Numbered from the stretch's first letter, positions 50,701 to 61,575 are shown. The stretch: DNA of 64,000 nt from Octopus bimaculoides (GCF_001194135.2 NC_068981.1:131841555-131905554), one strand, 5' to 3'. Numbers and translations are program-made. Notes: generated by a model from the letters alone, not told the origin.

Positions 50701-53700
50701 TGCACTCAGAGCAGAAGAGTTCTCATTTCTGATAAGGTTCTATGAAGAGCAAGAGGTCAGTTGGAATAAAATATTTTTTTCTAGAAAACAAAATAAAATT
50801 TGTAATAAACAAAATCTCAAAATTTTCTTCCCTTAAGTTAAAATGTTAAATGGATTTACTCTTTTCATTGAAAACTTTTTATTGTTGTTTAGTTTTTTGT
50901 CTGTCACACTGGGTTCCTTTAGTGGAGTAAATGAATAAGTTTCTATGAAGAACAAGAGGCTCTTCGGGTTTATTGCTAAATAGTACACAAATCCAAATTC
51001 ATAAATTATACCTCAAATCTAACAGAGTTATATTATGCCTCTAAGCAAGGCAAGTTACTCAGATTTTTTTATTATTTTCTATTTAATAACAATGTATCTA
51101 CTTTCCAGGTAAGTAATTAATATTAGAAAAGTCAAAAGTGATATAAATGTTCTAAAATTGTACAACTCTGTGAAAACATATCTCATGTTATCATTGAGAA
51201 AGAAAACATGATTTGGCCTGAGTTGCACTGGTTTTTCACTTAAATATGTTGTTCTAGGTGTTGCCTCTAATGACTGGCATAATTGTACCATCAGCTGTTA
51301 ATTTTTTTTTTTTTTTAACATGAGAGAGGAAAATTGTAAGTGTTTCAAGTTATGAAGGTTGTAGAAATAATTATTATCTACACTTCTGTTATAAAGATGT
51401 TTTTTAAAAACTTTTCTCTCTGAAATTTCAGCCTCACAAAAATTTGTCACAATTACCAAATTTTGCATTCTCAGTTCCACTAGCTATGTATCATCTGGCA
51501 ATTCAAAATAATGAAAGTACAGAGAAAGCTGACAAAAGGGTTTGTTATAACTGTTTATTTAATTAGATTTTTACCTTTCATTTCAATGCACGATTTATTT
51601 ATCATAAATCCAATGCTTTTCTCTATTTAAGAAGAAGTAAGATATTTTTATTATTAATTGCTTGGTCACGTGCTTTGTAAGGATGTATGCTAACAGTGTT
51701 CTAAATGTATATAAAACACGAAAGTCATGAAAAGTTATTTTATTTAATATACATCATTACTGTCAATTAAGTGGCACTGGCTTTTGCCTGTGTCTCCATC
51801 CATCTCCACCCACTTTTCCTGGGAGGGCCATTGGAATAGAGTCCTTAGAGAGACTCCTTGATCTCTGAGTTATACACTGTGCCAAGATCCTTCAGACGAA
51901 TCCCATTTCAGCTGCTTGTATTCACCATGTGTTTCATCTGATTTATTGCTTGTTTGACAGTTTGCTTCTGATGTCTCAGAATTTAGGAAGTTCATTTTTT
52001 TTTTTAGAATCAATCATTACTAATCAAAATGTTCAAAAAATAATTCTCTTTTAAAATTTATACACACATATGTATGTATGTATGTATTAAGAATTTTACA
52101 AATAGAAGGCTCAACTTTATTCAACAAATATGCTGGATTAAATATGGTTTATATTGTAAAACAAAGTAAATAGCAAAACAATTTCTTTTAGATGCTGGTG
52201 GTGTGATATTGATCATAATACTTAGTACTGCGATATGTCTAAAAACTGTTGAAAAGAAATAAGTTCAAATACAAATGCAGAGAGAAATAATTTTCTATCA
52301 TTTTCATTTGTTAACTTTTTATCTTACCATCATCATTTAATATCTACTTTTTTTATATTTGCATTGGTCACTTGGAATTTACTGAAGCCAGATACTCTTC
52401 CTGTTGCCTTATATTGGGGAAATATTTCTTCTGATTATGTAACAGAATAAGAATGAGTACTCATTGAGCACAAACATACTCATTGTGAGTTTTATTTATG
52501 TAAAAAAAAGAAAAAAACACTATTCGCTATTTCTGAAGGCATAAATAGTGTCAGGCTAATTAATTGCTTAAAGGTATTTAGTTCCACCTTGCTAATATCA
52601 CTTATTCTTTCATTCTTCCAGTATTGACAAAGAAATGTACCTGGTATCTTCTAGGAATAATGCAGTTTACATACTTCAGTCATTCCCTACAAAGTTAGCT
52701 ACAACTGGCCTTGTGTCAGTATAAGAAACAATAATTTATTATAAATTATTTATTAACAATTTATGTATCACTTTTTATTTATCTTAGCATCAGCATCCAT
52801 CTATGTACCAATACACACACACACATAGTCTCTCTAACAGAAATTGATTTAATATCTATTGTTTTATTCAGTTACAAGAAAGCCTTCGCATGTTTCCTGC
52901 ACTGCTGTTCTCTCTTCTGGATAAATGTAGTGTCAACCCTGCAGGAGTAGTCACCAGTTGCCACTTGTTCACTGAAGCTCAAGTGGGGTAAGTACTGTCA
53001 TCAGAGTAGTTTTGAGTCATTTTCTTAGTATTAGTCATGTGCTCACATAGGTCATGGGTCCAAATCTGCTGCAGATGTTTTGTTGTGTTCATAGATAGAA
53101 AATTTTATGTTACATTTTCCTACTTTACTTAGATGTCAGAAATAGGTACTAAATTACCTGGGAATATTGTCTATGACAGAATAGTAAGCTATCCAAGAGT
53201 AGTTGTCTTTCATCTGCTTCTCACAATTGACCATTAGATGTAAGCATTTACAATGCATTTATGTATGTGTGCACATCCATATGTACATGTGGTGTGTGCG
53301 TATGAGTAGATGTAATCGCCTTACCTCGGTTTTCCTTTCCTCGACTGCGAGTCCGTCTTGCGGTATCCGATCCTTGAAGCTTGCCCCGACCCAAAGTACA
53401 CCAGGTATAGCAGCTGCTTCTCCCAAACCTTCCCAAACCTAGACCGTCGCTTAACACGTCTTGTCCTGACCGCAGCCCCGTTCGAAAAGGGCACGAACGC
53501 CGATCGAGGCTCCCTCTGCCCTTTTTCCCCTTCCGGTCGACTCGCCCTTCCGGTCAGCCTCCCCAGACACTGACGTCATACCACAGTACATACAAACACA
53601 GACAAAATACTTTAAATACTATATCATACTTTTTAACTGACAAAATACTTCAAATACTATATCATACTCTTTAACTTCTTGCAGACTGCCAAGTGGTTTA

Positions 53701-55348
53701 CGCCAACTGATTGGTCTTTATACTGGCCAAACCTGGCCTTGTTGGAAAGTTATGCAAAATATCCAGTGGCTTGAGAAAAATGTTGAAGTAGTTGTACAAA
53801 ACTACCAAGCTGAAAATGATGATAAAAAAGAATGTTATCGGAGGTAACTAACCCAAAGTTTTGATTTCTTATTTCTGTATAATTTGCAGATTTTTTACCG
53901 CCTGACTGGACTTCGTGCGGGTAGCACGTAAAAGCACCCACTACACTCTCGGAGTGGTTGGTGTTAGGAAGGGCATCCAGCTGTAGAAACTCTGCCAAAT
54001 CAGATTGGAGCTTGGTGTAGCCATCTGGTTTCACCAATCCTCAGTCAAATCGTCCAACCCATGCTAGCATGGAAAGCGGACGTTAAACGACGACGATGAT
54101 GATGATGATGATGATGATGAACTGTTTTTCACTACCTTTTATATCCTTTTTTGGAACATTTATTTTTACATCTTGATACTCTCTCCCTCTTTATCCTCAC
54201 TCTTTCACTTTGATACTCAGTTAAATTGATCGTTTCATATTTCAAATTAAAACATACATAAGTAGTGTATTTCGTTTAAAATCATTTCAGTTAACATCTT
54301 TTTTTTTCATGGCTGTGACAGGAGTAAATTGCACTTTGTGTAGTCAAACTTTATAGGGAGTACATCTGGCTGTAAAAATCCTGCCTCAATTTCCTTCTGT
54401 CTCAGCCCTGCTAGCATGGAAAAAAACTCCAGATGTTTGAAACAAAGCTATTTCAAATAAAATGCACTGTCATGTGTCTCAATTTTCACAATAATAAAAA
54501 TTTTCAATAAGTTTTTGCATGAAATTATGATGGGTGGTTTGAATTTAAACACTGAACACTTTGAAATGGGTAGTTTTCTAACAAAGAACCGAAGGTGATT
54601 TTAGGTGTGTTGCTATTTAAAAGTTTTAAAGTGAGTATAATTGGCAAATTATCAAACTTAAATCCATAAATTACTTTATCAATTTTGTTTTCATTGTTAT
54701 TTTACTAGATTTCACCGACGATATCAAGGCACACCTAGAAATATTTGTCGATATATACTTCTGTCTGAGATCAAAGAAGCTATGGCAGATCTTCCACCGG
54801 TAAAAAGCAATAACTAAACATTTCTGTTTTCTATTTTTATGACTAACTTATTTTGAAATTCTCCCTATTGATCTGTAGCTTATTTCTTAATCAAATTATG
54901 TGTGTTGTTTTTTTATATATATATATATATATATCGTTACCAGAGCACCAGCCGTCTGGCTTTCGTGCCGGTGGCATGTAAATAGTTCCATTTGAGCTTG
55001 GTCGTTACCAGCGTTGGCTTACTGGCACTTGTGCCAGTGGCACATGAAAAGACATTCGAGCGAATTCGTTGCAAGTGCCGCTGGACTGGCTCCTGTGCAG
55101 GTGGCATGTAAAATACATCATTTTGAGCATGGCCGTTGCCAGTACCTCCTGACTGGCCTTCGTGCCGGTGGCACGTAAAAGCACCCACTGCACTCTCTGA
55201 GTGGTTGGCATTAGGAAGGGCATCCAGCTATAGAAACTCTGCCAAATCAGATTGGAGCCTGGTGTAGCCATCTGGTTTCACCAGTCCTCAGTCAAATTGT
55301 CCAACCCATGCTAGCATGGAAAGCGGACGTTAAATGATGATGATGATG

Positions 55349-55380
<32 letters not shown>

Positions 55381-58300
55381 CACATATAATTTGTTTACAT
55401 CCCCATAACTTTGCAGTTTGTAAAAAGAGATCAATTGAATAAATAAGAAGCTTAAAAAATAAGTCCCAAGGTCAATTTGTTTGACTAAAACCCTTCAAGG
55501 TAGTGCTTCAGCAAACGACTGAAACAAGCAAAAGAATAAAAGAATACACACACACACACAGCTGTATCAACCAGACTGTTGGAGGTTGTTGTGCATCCTC
55601 GCATTGTTGTAGCTTTCATATGGTGTCGCCTCAGAGGTTAGTAGGTCAGGCCAGTATTACCCCTGAATGGAATGCCTGTCTGTAACAAGGTTACCCATTT
55701 ACAGCTGAGTGGACTGGATTAATGTGAGATAAAGTGTTTTGCTCAAGAGTACAATGTGCAACCAGTCAGGGAGTCGAAACCACAATCTTGCAGTTGTGAG
55801 TGCAATATCTTAACCACAAGGCCAAGCACCTTCACTATATTATATACATACTTGTGTGTGTGGAAATTGTGATGACATTTGGTTGAGCATATCTGTGTTT
55901 GTTATGTGCGTTTTTTGCCTTGCTTTTCTATATGTTTTGTTGTTGTAACCCTGTGTCACATTTTCAATATGTGTATTTGCTCCAGCAAATGACTGAAACA
56001 AGTAAAAGAAAAAACGAATGCACACATGCACAGCTGTAACAACCAGATTATTAGAGGTTGTTATACGCTGTTGATCACAATGTGCACCCTCGCATTGTTG
56101 TAGCTTTCAAATGATGTCATCCCAGTGGTTAGGAGGACAGACCAGTATTCCCCTGAATATATATGTATATATAATGTATTTGTACACTTTTAAGAGAACA
56201 TGAAATAATTCTGTTTTGGAACAGTGGCTCTCAAAACCCACATAAAGCTGTAACTGATAACATTTAAATATTGGATTGCAAAACACTTTTTGGATATTAT
56301 TTATAGGTTTATGTGTGTTGCAACATCCACTGTTTCAAAAGAGATACACACAAAAACACACACCTATTTTATATGAATTTGTTGAATTTATTAAAAGTGC
56401 TAAAATCAGTTTAGTTGACAAGATTTCTATTTCATTGCAGGACATTACAAACTCAGTTATTCTAAGTTATGATATTTTACCACCAAGGGACAATATAGAG
56501 ACGTACAAACGGCCACAGAGGTGAATATGAAAGCATTCTTTCTATTCATTTTCATTGATGCAGATTTTTACTGTTTATCCTAGAATATTCTCTAGTATAA
56601 CCACCATGTTATGATTTGAATTCATGTCAGTATTTCCTTTGTTCTTTCAACATTCTGAGCTCAAAAGAATAAGTACCACTTATAAAACTGATACCAGTTC
56701 AGTCAACTATCTCTACATCCCTCGGAAGCCAAATTTTTTATTATTAAGTATCATTGTCATAGTAAGTAAGAGGGAGAGAGAGATGGTACATGGTGCTATT
56801 TCTGTAATTTCAAAACACCCGGTCCTTCAGTCTTTGACATATATGATTGCTCATTTGTTATATGCACAACATTGTCTGCTCCATGTTTGCATGTTTACAA
56901 TGGTTTACTTAATAAATAAAGCATTTCTTTCTTCTTTTTATATTATTTTTTTGTTAGTGTGTGTGTTTGTGGTGGAGGCTGAATCCCCTTCCTACCACTA
57001 ATTACTCAGCTGTAAATTAGGAGTTTATTTATCTATTCATTTTTTTCTTTTTGGGTTCTAATGAATAATTGTTATGTACCATGACCAGGAGCATAACTCA
57101 ATGGCCATAGTAAGATTAGAACCTACAACATTGTAGTCAGAAGTCCTGAGCCTTAGCTACACAGCCATTATGCCTTATCTATAGAATCCTGTACATTGCA
57201 CCATGGCAACTCTCAACCTCTAACCCTCAACTTAGCCATGATTAACCAGACCTAAGATGTTCTAGCTATAACCATCACATTTTTTGCTGGCATAGTTTAC
57301 ATAGAACTTCATTATCTTATGTGTCCTAGAATTTCTTTTTTCCAAAATATTAAAGTGTTAAACTATGTTGAAGCCTTTCAGATGAGCTTGAACCATAAAT
57401 CTCTGGTCCAGCCTTGTCACAGTGTCAGTCTGATTCTATCTGACAATTATGATACAGATACAAGTATCTGTGGAAAACTCATTCACTTACACTACAACTC
57501 AATGGATAGATTGCCGTTTTGTTTAGCCTCTGGTCAGCTCTTATAGAGCAGATCTATGTTTAAAGAGATTGCAGCTATGAGGATTGCAACTTTTTAATTT
57601 TTTTCTCCATATATTATAGCTAAACTATATTATGCAATGTGTGTTTACTTTTTTAAGACAGTATAAGGTGAAGGGGTATTTTGAGGAAGATTTGGCTACT
57701 ATTTCTAATATGTTGAGCAACCACATAGTGATTCTTTTGTTAAGAAATTTGTTCCCTTGATCAAACAAGCAGAAAATTTATTAGAGAAAAAGTTTGTAAA
57801 TAAGGTGTAATTCAAAAAAAGCAAACATTTATAAACTTCTCAGTTAAATTCGAAAAAGACTTTCAGAAAATTTTTCATATCTAATACTTTGCTCCTCTGA
57901 TATTTCACTTATGTGTTCTCACTGTGCATTCTAATAGACTTTGTTGTTTTTCTATGTGTTTTCAGACCTAGAAGAGTGTCTTCCACCAGCGGAGGAGTTA
58001 CTACATTCCTTAGGTCCTTACTGCCAGATTTTTCTATTGATGTAAGTCAGTTTCTTTAACATAAAATTTAGATGACTTTTATTTTTTCCAAAAATAATTG
58101 TTGGATCTGATTTTTTCTTTGATTGCTGAACATGTGCATACACACACGTTCCCATATGTGTGCGGGTATGTATATATTGTACACGTGTGTGTGCCCGCAT
58201 ACACACACACAATGATAGTGTGATCTGAAAAGATCTTGGTATATGAAGATAATCAGCATTGAAGCATGTACATGGCTAGTATAGATGGTCAAAAGAAGGC

Positions 58301-61038
58301 TATACACAGTCAACAAAGTTTATTAACTGGCATATTTATATACTTTGTCCTATATTGAAACAGATGGAAGTTTCTTATTTCTTTATTGCCCACAAGGGGA
58401 TAAACATAGAGGGGACAAACAAGGACAGACAAAAGGATTAAGTCGATTGCATCGACCCCAGTGCGTAACTGGTACTTAATTTATCAACCCCGAAAGGATG
58501 AAAGGCAAAGTCGACCTCAGCAGAATTTGAACTCAGAACATAATGGCAGACGAAATACCGCTAAGCATTTCGCCCAGCGTGCTAATGTTTCTGCCAGCTC
58601 GCCGCCTTCTATAAGGCGACTGCTTCTATACAACTCCTGGTTTTGCAACAAAAATTGCTAATTATGTGAATATAAATTGAAGAGTGCAAGGAATAGAAAA
58701 GGTAAATCAAAGCTACATCTGCTTCCAAGCTTAAACTTAATATGTCTTATGTAACATGTAATGCATAAAAATATTGTTTGGCTTTTCTGCAGGTTTAATT
58801 ATCAGCAGTTGTTTGCATCATTGCCTCTTGGAATGATGCAAGCAACTGCTGGTAATTAGACCTGAATAAAAGCTAAACGATGTTTGTATGTGTTGCATAA
58901 AACATATTTAGTTTTAATTTACCTTTTCCATTCCGTACACTCTTTGATATATACACACACATACACATATCAGGTTGAGTAAAAAGTAAGCAACATTTTG
59001 AAACATGAAATTCATCACAATATATTTCAACAATGTAGAAATTTTATTCATCAAAGCAAGTACCATTACAATCAACACATTTTTGCCAAGTTACCAGTTT
59101 ATTCCAGTAACGTAAAAATCTGGTGTTCTGGAGCTGATGAACTCTTTGAATGCACTTTCAGCATCAGTTTGATTTTTTAACTCCTTCTCTTGCAGGAAAC
59201 CATCAAGGTGCTTGAAAAAGTGGTAGTCGGTAGGAGAAAGGTGTGGGGAATAAGCTGGGTGGGAAAGAACTTTGTAGCCAAGTTCCCTCAACTTCTGGAG
59301 TGTCATTAGTGAAACGTGTGGTTGAGCATTGTCATGAAGAACGATCGGTTCTCTTCTGTTGACCAGTCTGGGATGGAGGAGTAGCAGTTTTTTCATTCAT
59401 TTTGGCAATTTCATGGCAATATGTTTCTGCAGTAACAGGTTTTCTGTGTTTTAAGAAGTTATAGTGGATGAGTCCAGCAGTACACTACCATACAGTCACC
59501 ATAACCTTCTTTTTGAAGAGCTCGGGTTTAGGGAAGGTTTTCGGTGCTTCATTTTGGTCCAACCACTGCAAAGAATGTTTTTTATTACTGTACAGAATCC
59601 ACTTTTCATCACAAGTTACAATACAATTAAGAAATGGATCGGTCTCGTTACGGAGAAGAAGTAACGAGTAAATTTCATATCTGCACATTTTCTGATTTTC
59701 ATTCAAATCCTGTGGTACCCATTGTCAAGCTTTTTTTTGATTTTCCAATCGCGTGCAAATGGTTGCAGGCAGTTTTCTGGCTAACTTGAAGTTCTTTTGC
59801 CAGTTCTCAAGGGGTTTTATGTGGATCTTTCTCAATGATGGTCTTTAATTGACTGTCATGGATGACAGATGGGCGTCCACTGCACTCATGATCTTCAAGG
59901 CTAAGGTCTCCATTGCGAAATCATTAAAACTATTTTCTAGCTGACTGCACACTGGTCATTTCCTCACCAAATGTTTCGTTGATATCGTGAGCAGTTTCAG
60001 CTGCTTTACATCCTTTTTTGAAGTTGAATAGGAATATTGCTCGAATATCGCGCTTTGACAGTTCCATTTCAGATAATTGTAACAACGATGAAAAAAATAT
60101 CAATGTTAATTTATTGATGCATTTGGGCAACTCTATGTGTGTATTATCAGACAATTGCAAAAAACTGTTAAAAAAAAATTCAAACCTCTGCAAAAATCTG
60201 GTACAGATTCTTTATGGTTCAAAACGTTGCTTACTTTTCACTGAACCTGATATATACATAGCTAAGCACTTCCCAACCACCTGGTTCTGGATTTAGTCCC
60301 ACTGTGTAGCACCTTGGGCAAGTGTCTTCTACTACAGACCTGGGGCTGACCAAGGCCTTGTGAAAAGCTATGGTAGACAGAAACTGAAAGGCACCTATCT
60401 TATGTGTGTGTGTCTCCTTCATTTGACATGATGTAATATTCATAATTGAGTGTCACTGTTGTACAAGCAGTGTCATTCATTTCTACATATTCAGTTAAAA
60501 CTATATTTATGTTAATTGTGCATTTCATTCCTCCCCTCAGCAACCTAAATTAGCTTCAATTGCCAAATCAAAATAAATTAATGTTTAGAGTATGCTTGCT
60601 TAATTTCTCTTTTTCTCTCCATCTTATTGTCTATCTCCAAATTTATCATCATCATTCAAACTATTATTGGAAATGGACTTTAGGAAATAGAGGGTATGCT
60701 AAGATCCAAAAACTGATGTTGAGAAGGAGTGGACTTAGGTGTTACAAGTTTCTCCATTTATAAGCTGCAAAGTAGAGGAACGCTGCCCCCTGCCTCTATC
60801 ACTGCTCCCCAGTTCTTTTAATAACCTGTTTGAAATACCTCTTTTATTAAAGGAACCACTTGAAGAAGAACATGGTGCCACAGGAGGAGGCCATGGTGCC
60901 CAACTGACCAATAGCATAGAAACTTTATTGGAAGTGATGCGAGATTTAATGGGTAATATTCGGCCTGTACCACCTCCAATTGAGAATCCTCAGAATCAAG
61001 CTGATCCACCAGAAGAACATAATGAAGAATGGGGTTAA
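29924..61038 (+). CDS. TCF25: Transcription factor 25 / Nulp1 (Rqc1 orthologue, ribosome quality control), 666 aa, 16 exons
   Basis: Exons total 2001 nt in frame. Motifs MSSRALRRLQ, GNRFDL, VEHRHLNPEYELKRLFG, WLSTPKDNWP, FEHNHQYQ, HPYHIDSLIQ, FHPLFSLTKGNC.LDFRRQENR.FY, RTALEYCKLLLSLDPDNDPL, KNLSQLPNFAFSVPLA, WLEKNV, LSEIKEA, FLRSLLP and EEWG* match recalled human TCF25. Confidence 0.97.
31150..31800 (+). mobile_element. Decayed CR1-like LINE RT remnant
   Basis: Broken FDKV.H, WIENFFSDRKQVIV and SGVPS motifs. Confidence 0.45.
32712..32992 (+). mobile_element. RTE 3' UTR fragment with (gat)n tail
   Basis: Near-identical to copies at 46800-47120, 53900-54120 and 54940-55350. Confidence 0.8.
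33795..34100 (-). mobile_element. R2-group (HERO/NeSL-like) non-LTR retrotransposon fragment
   Basis: KIKWPKANDAASYKKFNNEV then (frameshift) DDEQKLKNLAYTIYQEGEKRFG, a pre-RT motif pattern recalled from this group. Confidence 0.5.
34700..34894 (+). CDS. TCF25: TCF25 exon 2
   Basis: ttgtag/gtaagg; LENGNKED...KKKKKKKSK...IAQN. Confidence 0.88.
35040..35173 (+). CDS. TCF25: TCF25 exon 3
   Basis: tttcag/gtgata; YEDNIDAEIEE...FNVEH. Confidence 0.92.
35290..35355 (+). CDS. TCF25: TCF25 exon 4
   Basis: ctctag/gtaagt; HLNPEYELKRLFGSRVIKSEL. Confidence 0.93.
36180..36915 (-). mobile_element. RTE 3' end with five about 65-bp 3' UTR repeats
   Basis: ORF end WDEVVKHNLRKLGLTEAMTS; repeat cores at 36367, 36433, 36499, 36564 and 36629. 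Confidence 0.8.
37781..37838 (-). ncRNA. Second hammerhead copy with C3U core change (TTGATGA)
   Basis: Same stems as 38317-38375; the catalytic core variant may impair cleavage. Confidence 0.6.
38317..38375 (-). ncRNA. Minimal type I hammerhead ribozyme
   Basis: Minus strand: atcatg-CTGATGA-gtg...cac-GAAA-c gtc g-TA-catgat. Perfect 6-bp stem I, stem II with an internal agaat/attct helix, 2-bp stem III, GUA cleavage triplet. Confidence 0.8.
38860..40255 (+). mobile_element. RTE LINE, 5'-truncated, RT core internally deleted, with 3' UTR and (gat)n tail
   Basis: GKAP..SG, NYRGIKLL, QFGF..GRSTT.AIF, FRYL, LHGSEIW, WYGHVLRMDE; the AFD/QG/YADD region is absent. Confidence 0.88.
40669..40880. 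mobile_element. TTAA-flanked MITE
   Basis: ttaa|ccctttaa ... ctaaagag|ttaa; reverse-complement homologue of 10701-10914. Confidence 0.7.
41141..41220 (+). CDS. TCF25: TCF25 exon 5
   Basis: gtgcag/gtatat; SRRNRKGRPTPWLSTPKDNWPPYVKT. Confidence 0.92.
43355..43491 (+). CDS. TCF25: TCF25 exon 6
   Basis: atacag/gtatgt; GLSMSLVK...FTFEHNHQYQEIQFKFYDAVESLNTNTIA. Confidence 0.93.
43776..43887. repeat. Minisatellite, five copies of ggaggaataatttg with 20-bp period
   Basis: Cores separated by gcatag or gctgatgttct. Confidence 0.9.
45803..45902 (+). CDS. TCF25: TCF25 exon 7
   Basis: tctcag/gtattt; DILQDHPYHIDSLIQFSEICKNGEDLNRAKELI. Confidence 0.94.
46248..47120 (+). mobile_element. RTE 3' end spanning an N gap, with 5' fold-back
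   Basis: VRHDLRTLGLTEAMASDRDLW; 3' UTR and (gat)n after the gap. Confidence 0.75.
48038..48224 (+). CDS. TCF25: TCF25 exon 8
   Basis: tttcag/gtataa; ERALFSFEMSFHPLFSL...RTALEYCKLLL. Confidence 0.95.
49861..50065. repeat. Nested inverted repeat (55-bp and 23-bp perfect arms) containing hammerhead-like motifs
   Basis: 49861-49915 = reverse complement of 50011-50065; 49920-49942 = reverse complement of 49965-49987. Confidence 0.9.
49968..50029 (+). ncRNA. Type I hammerhead-like ribozyme (CTGAAGA core, extra G, GUU site)
   Basis: gataa-CTGAAGA-gatg...catc-g-GAAA-ct cgg ag-TT-ttatc: 5-bp stem I, stem II, 3-bp stem III. Confidence 0.6.
50650..50755 (+). CDS. TCF25: TCF25 exon 9
   Basis: tttcag/gtcagt; LDPDNDPLCVLLFIDYYALRAEEFSFLIRFYEEQE. 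Confidence 0.95.
51432..51539 (+). CDS. TCF25: TCF25 exon 10
   Basis: tttcag/gtttgt; PHKNLSQLPNFAFSVPLAMYHLAIQNNESTEKADKR. Confidence 0.93.
52872..52987 (+). CDS. TCF25: TCF25 exon 11
   Basis: attcag/gtaagt; LQESLRMFPALLFSLLDKCSVNP...EAQV. Confidence 0.93.
53288..53585 (-). mobile_element. Solo LTR (298 bp) with TG...CA ends and 5-bp TSD
   Basis: gtaca|tgtggtgt ... ataccaca|gtaca; GC/CpG-rich; orientation tentative. Confidence 0.8.
53685..53843 (+). CDS. TCF25: TCF25 exon 12
   Basis: ttgcag/gtaact; LPSGLRQLIGLYTGQTWPCWKVMQNIQWLEKNVE...CYR. Confidence 0.92.
54709..54799 (+). CDS. TCF25: TCF25 exon 13
   Basis: tactag/gtaaaa; FHRRYQGTPRNICRYILLSEIKEAMADLPP. Confidence 0.93.
54940..55350 (+). 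mobile_element. RTE 3' UTR with four about 65-bp repeats
   Basis: Cores at 54965, 55031, 55095 and 55162; (gat)n then (ta)n tail. Confidence 0.8.
56441..56520 (+). CDS. TCF25: TCF25 exon 14
   Basis: ttgcag/gtgaat; DITNSVILSYDILPPRDNIETYKRPQ. Confidence 0.92.
57966..58041 (+). CDS. TCF25: TCF25 exon 15
   Basis: tttcag/gtaagt; PRRVSSTSGGVTTFLRSLLPDFSID. Confidence 0.92.
58375..58610 (-). mobile_element. tRNA-derived SINE, second family
   Basis: aggcggcgagctggcagaa head, gagttcaaattc B box, gtcgactttgcctttcatcctttcggggt core; relatives at about 26400-26620, 35690-35905 and 40330-40480. Confidence 0.75.
58970..60250 (-). mobile_element. Full-length (1281 bp) mariner element with about 36-bp TIRs and TA TSD; transposase pseudogene 60067-59044
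   Basis: ta|tcaggttgagtaaaaagtaagcaacattttgaa ... ttcaaaacgttgcttacttttcactgaacctga|ta; MELSKRDIRAIF, IVTCDEKW, KKVMVTVW, LHDNA, HPAYSPHLSPTDYH with frameshifts and stops. Confidence 0.93.
60853..61038 (+). CDS. TCF25: TCF25 exon 16 (terminal)
   Basis: cttttattaaag acceptor; EPLEEEH...LLEVMRDLMGNI...EEWG*. Confidence 0.9.
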   Translation, partial: EPLEEEHGATGGGHGAQLTNSIETLLEVMRDLMGNIRPVPPPIENPQNQADPPEEHNEEWG

Positions 61039-61199
61039 CCCAAACAGATTCAGAAAGGGAATTATTTGAAAATGAAATTGTTTCTATTTTTCTTTTGTTA
61101 ATATTCTCAGATTCTAAAAGGATTCTTAATTTAATAGGCTAATTACAAAATAACTCATATTGTATCTTTTTGCTATTTAATATTTTTAAAGAAGTTGTG

Positions 61200-61265
61200 A
61201 ATAAAATCATGCTAATCTTGAATTTTGGAATAATGTTTTGAAATTTTCAAATATTTTGGAATAAA
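61200..61265 (+). terminator. Candidate TCF25 polyadenylation signals (AATAAA at 61200 and 61260)
   Basis: Two canonical hexamers 160-220 nt after the stop codon; the hexamer is also common by chance in AT-rich DNA. Confidence 0.45.
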
Positions 61266-61497
61266 TGGCTGTAAACATTGTTGTTAAGAGGATTTCATCT
61301 ATATTTCTCAAAACATTGCTGTCAACAGTATTCCCCATCTGTATTCTGTACCTTTTACTATTTTTGTACTGTTTCTAACCAAAACAACCTGCAGTTGAGT
61401 TCACACATCACATAAGTTTATATAAAGTTATACACTATCAAAAATATAGTTTGGATAAATTCCATTCCTACTCAAAGTAGCATATGTATACATAATA

Positions 61498-61575
61498 TAT
61501 ATCTATATCTATATCTATACCTACCTACCTACCTACATGCCTGCCCTGCCTACCTGCTGTATCTGTCTGTCTGTC
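61498..61575. repeat. Compound microsatellite (ta/tatatc/ctac/ctgc/ctgt)
   Basis: Directly visible. Confidence 0.8.

Noticed and set aside
54940-55190. CRISPR-like array (conserved core with variable spacers about every 65 bp)
   Set aside because: Whole units are homologous diverged tandem repeats inside a eukaryotic LINE 3' UTR; no cas genes
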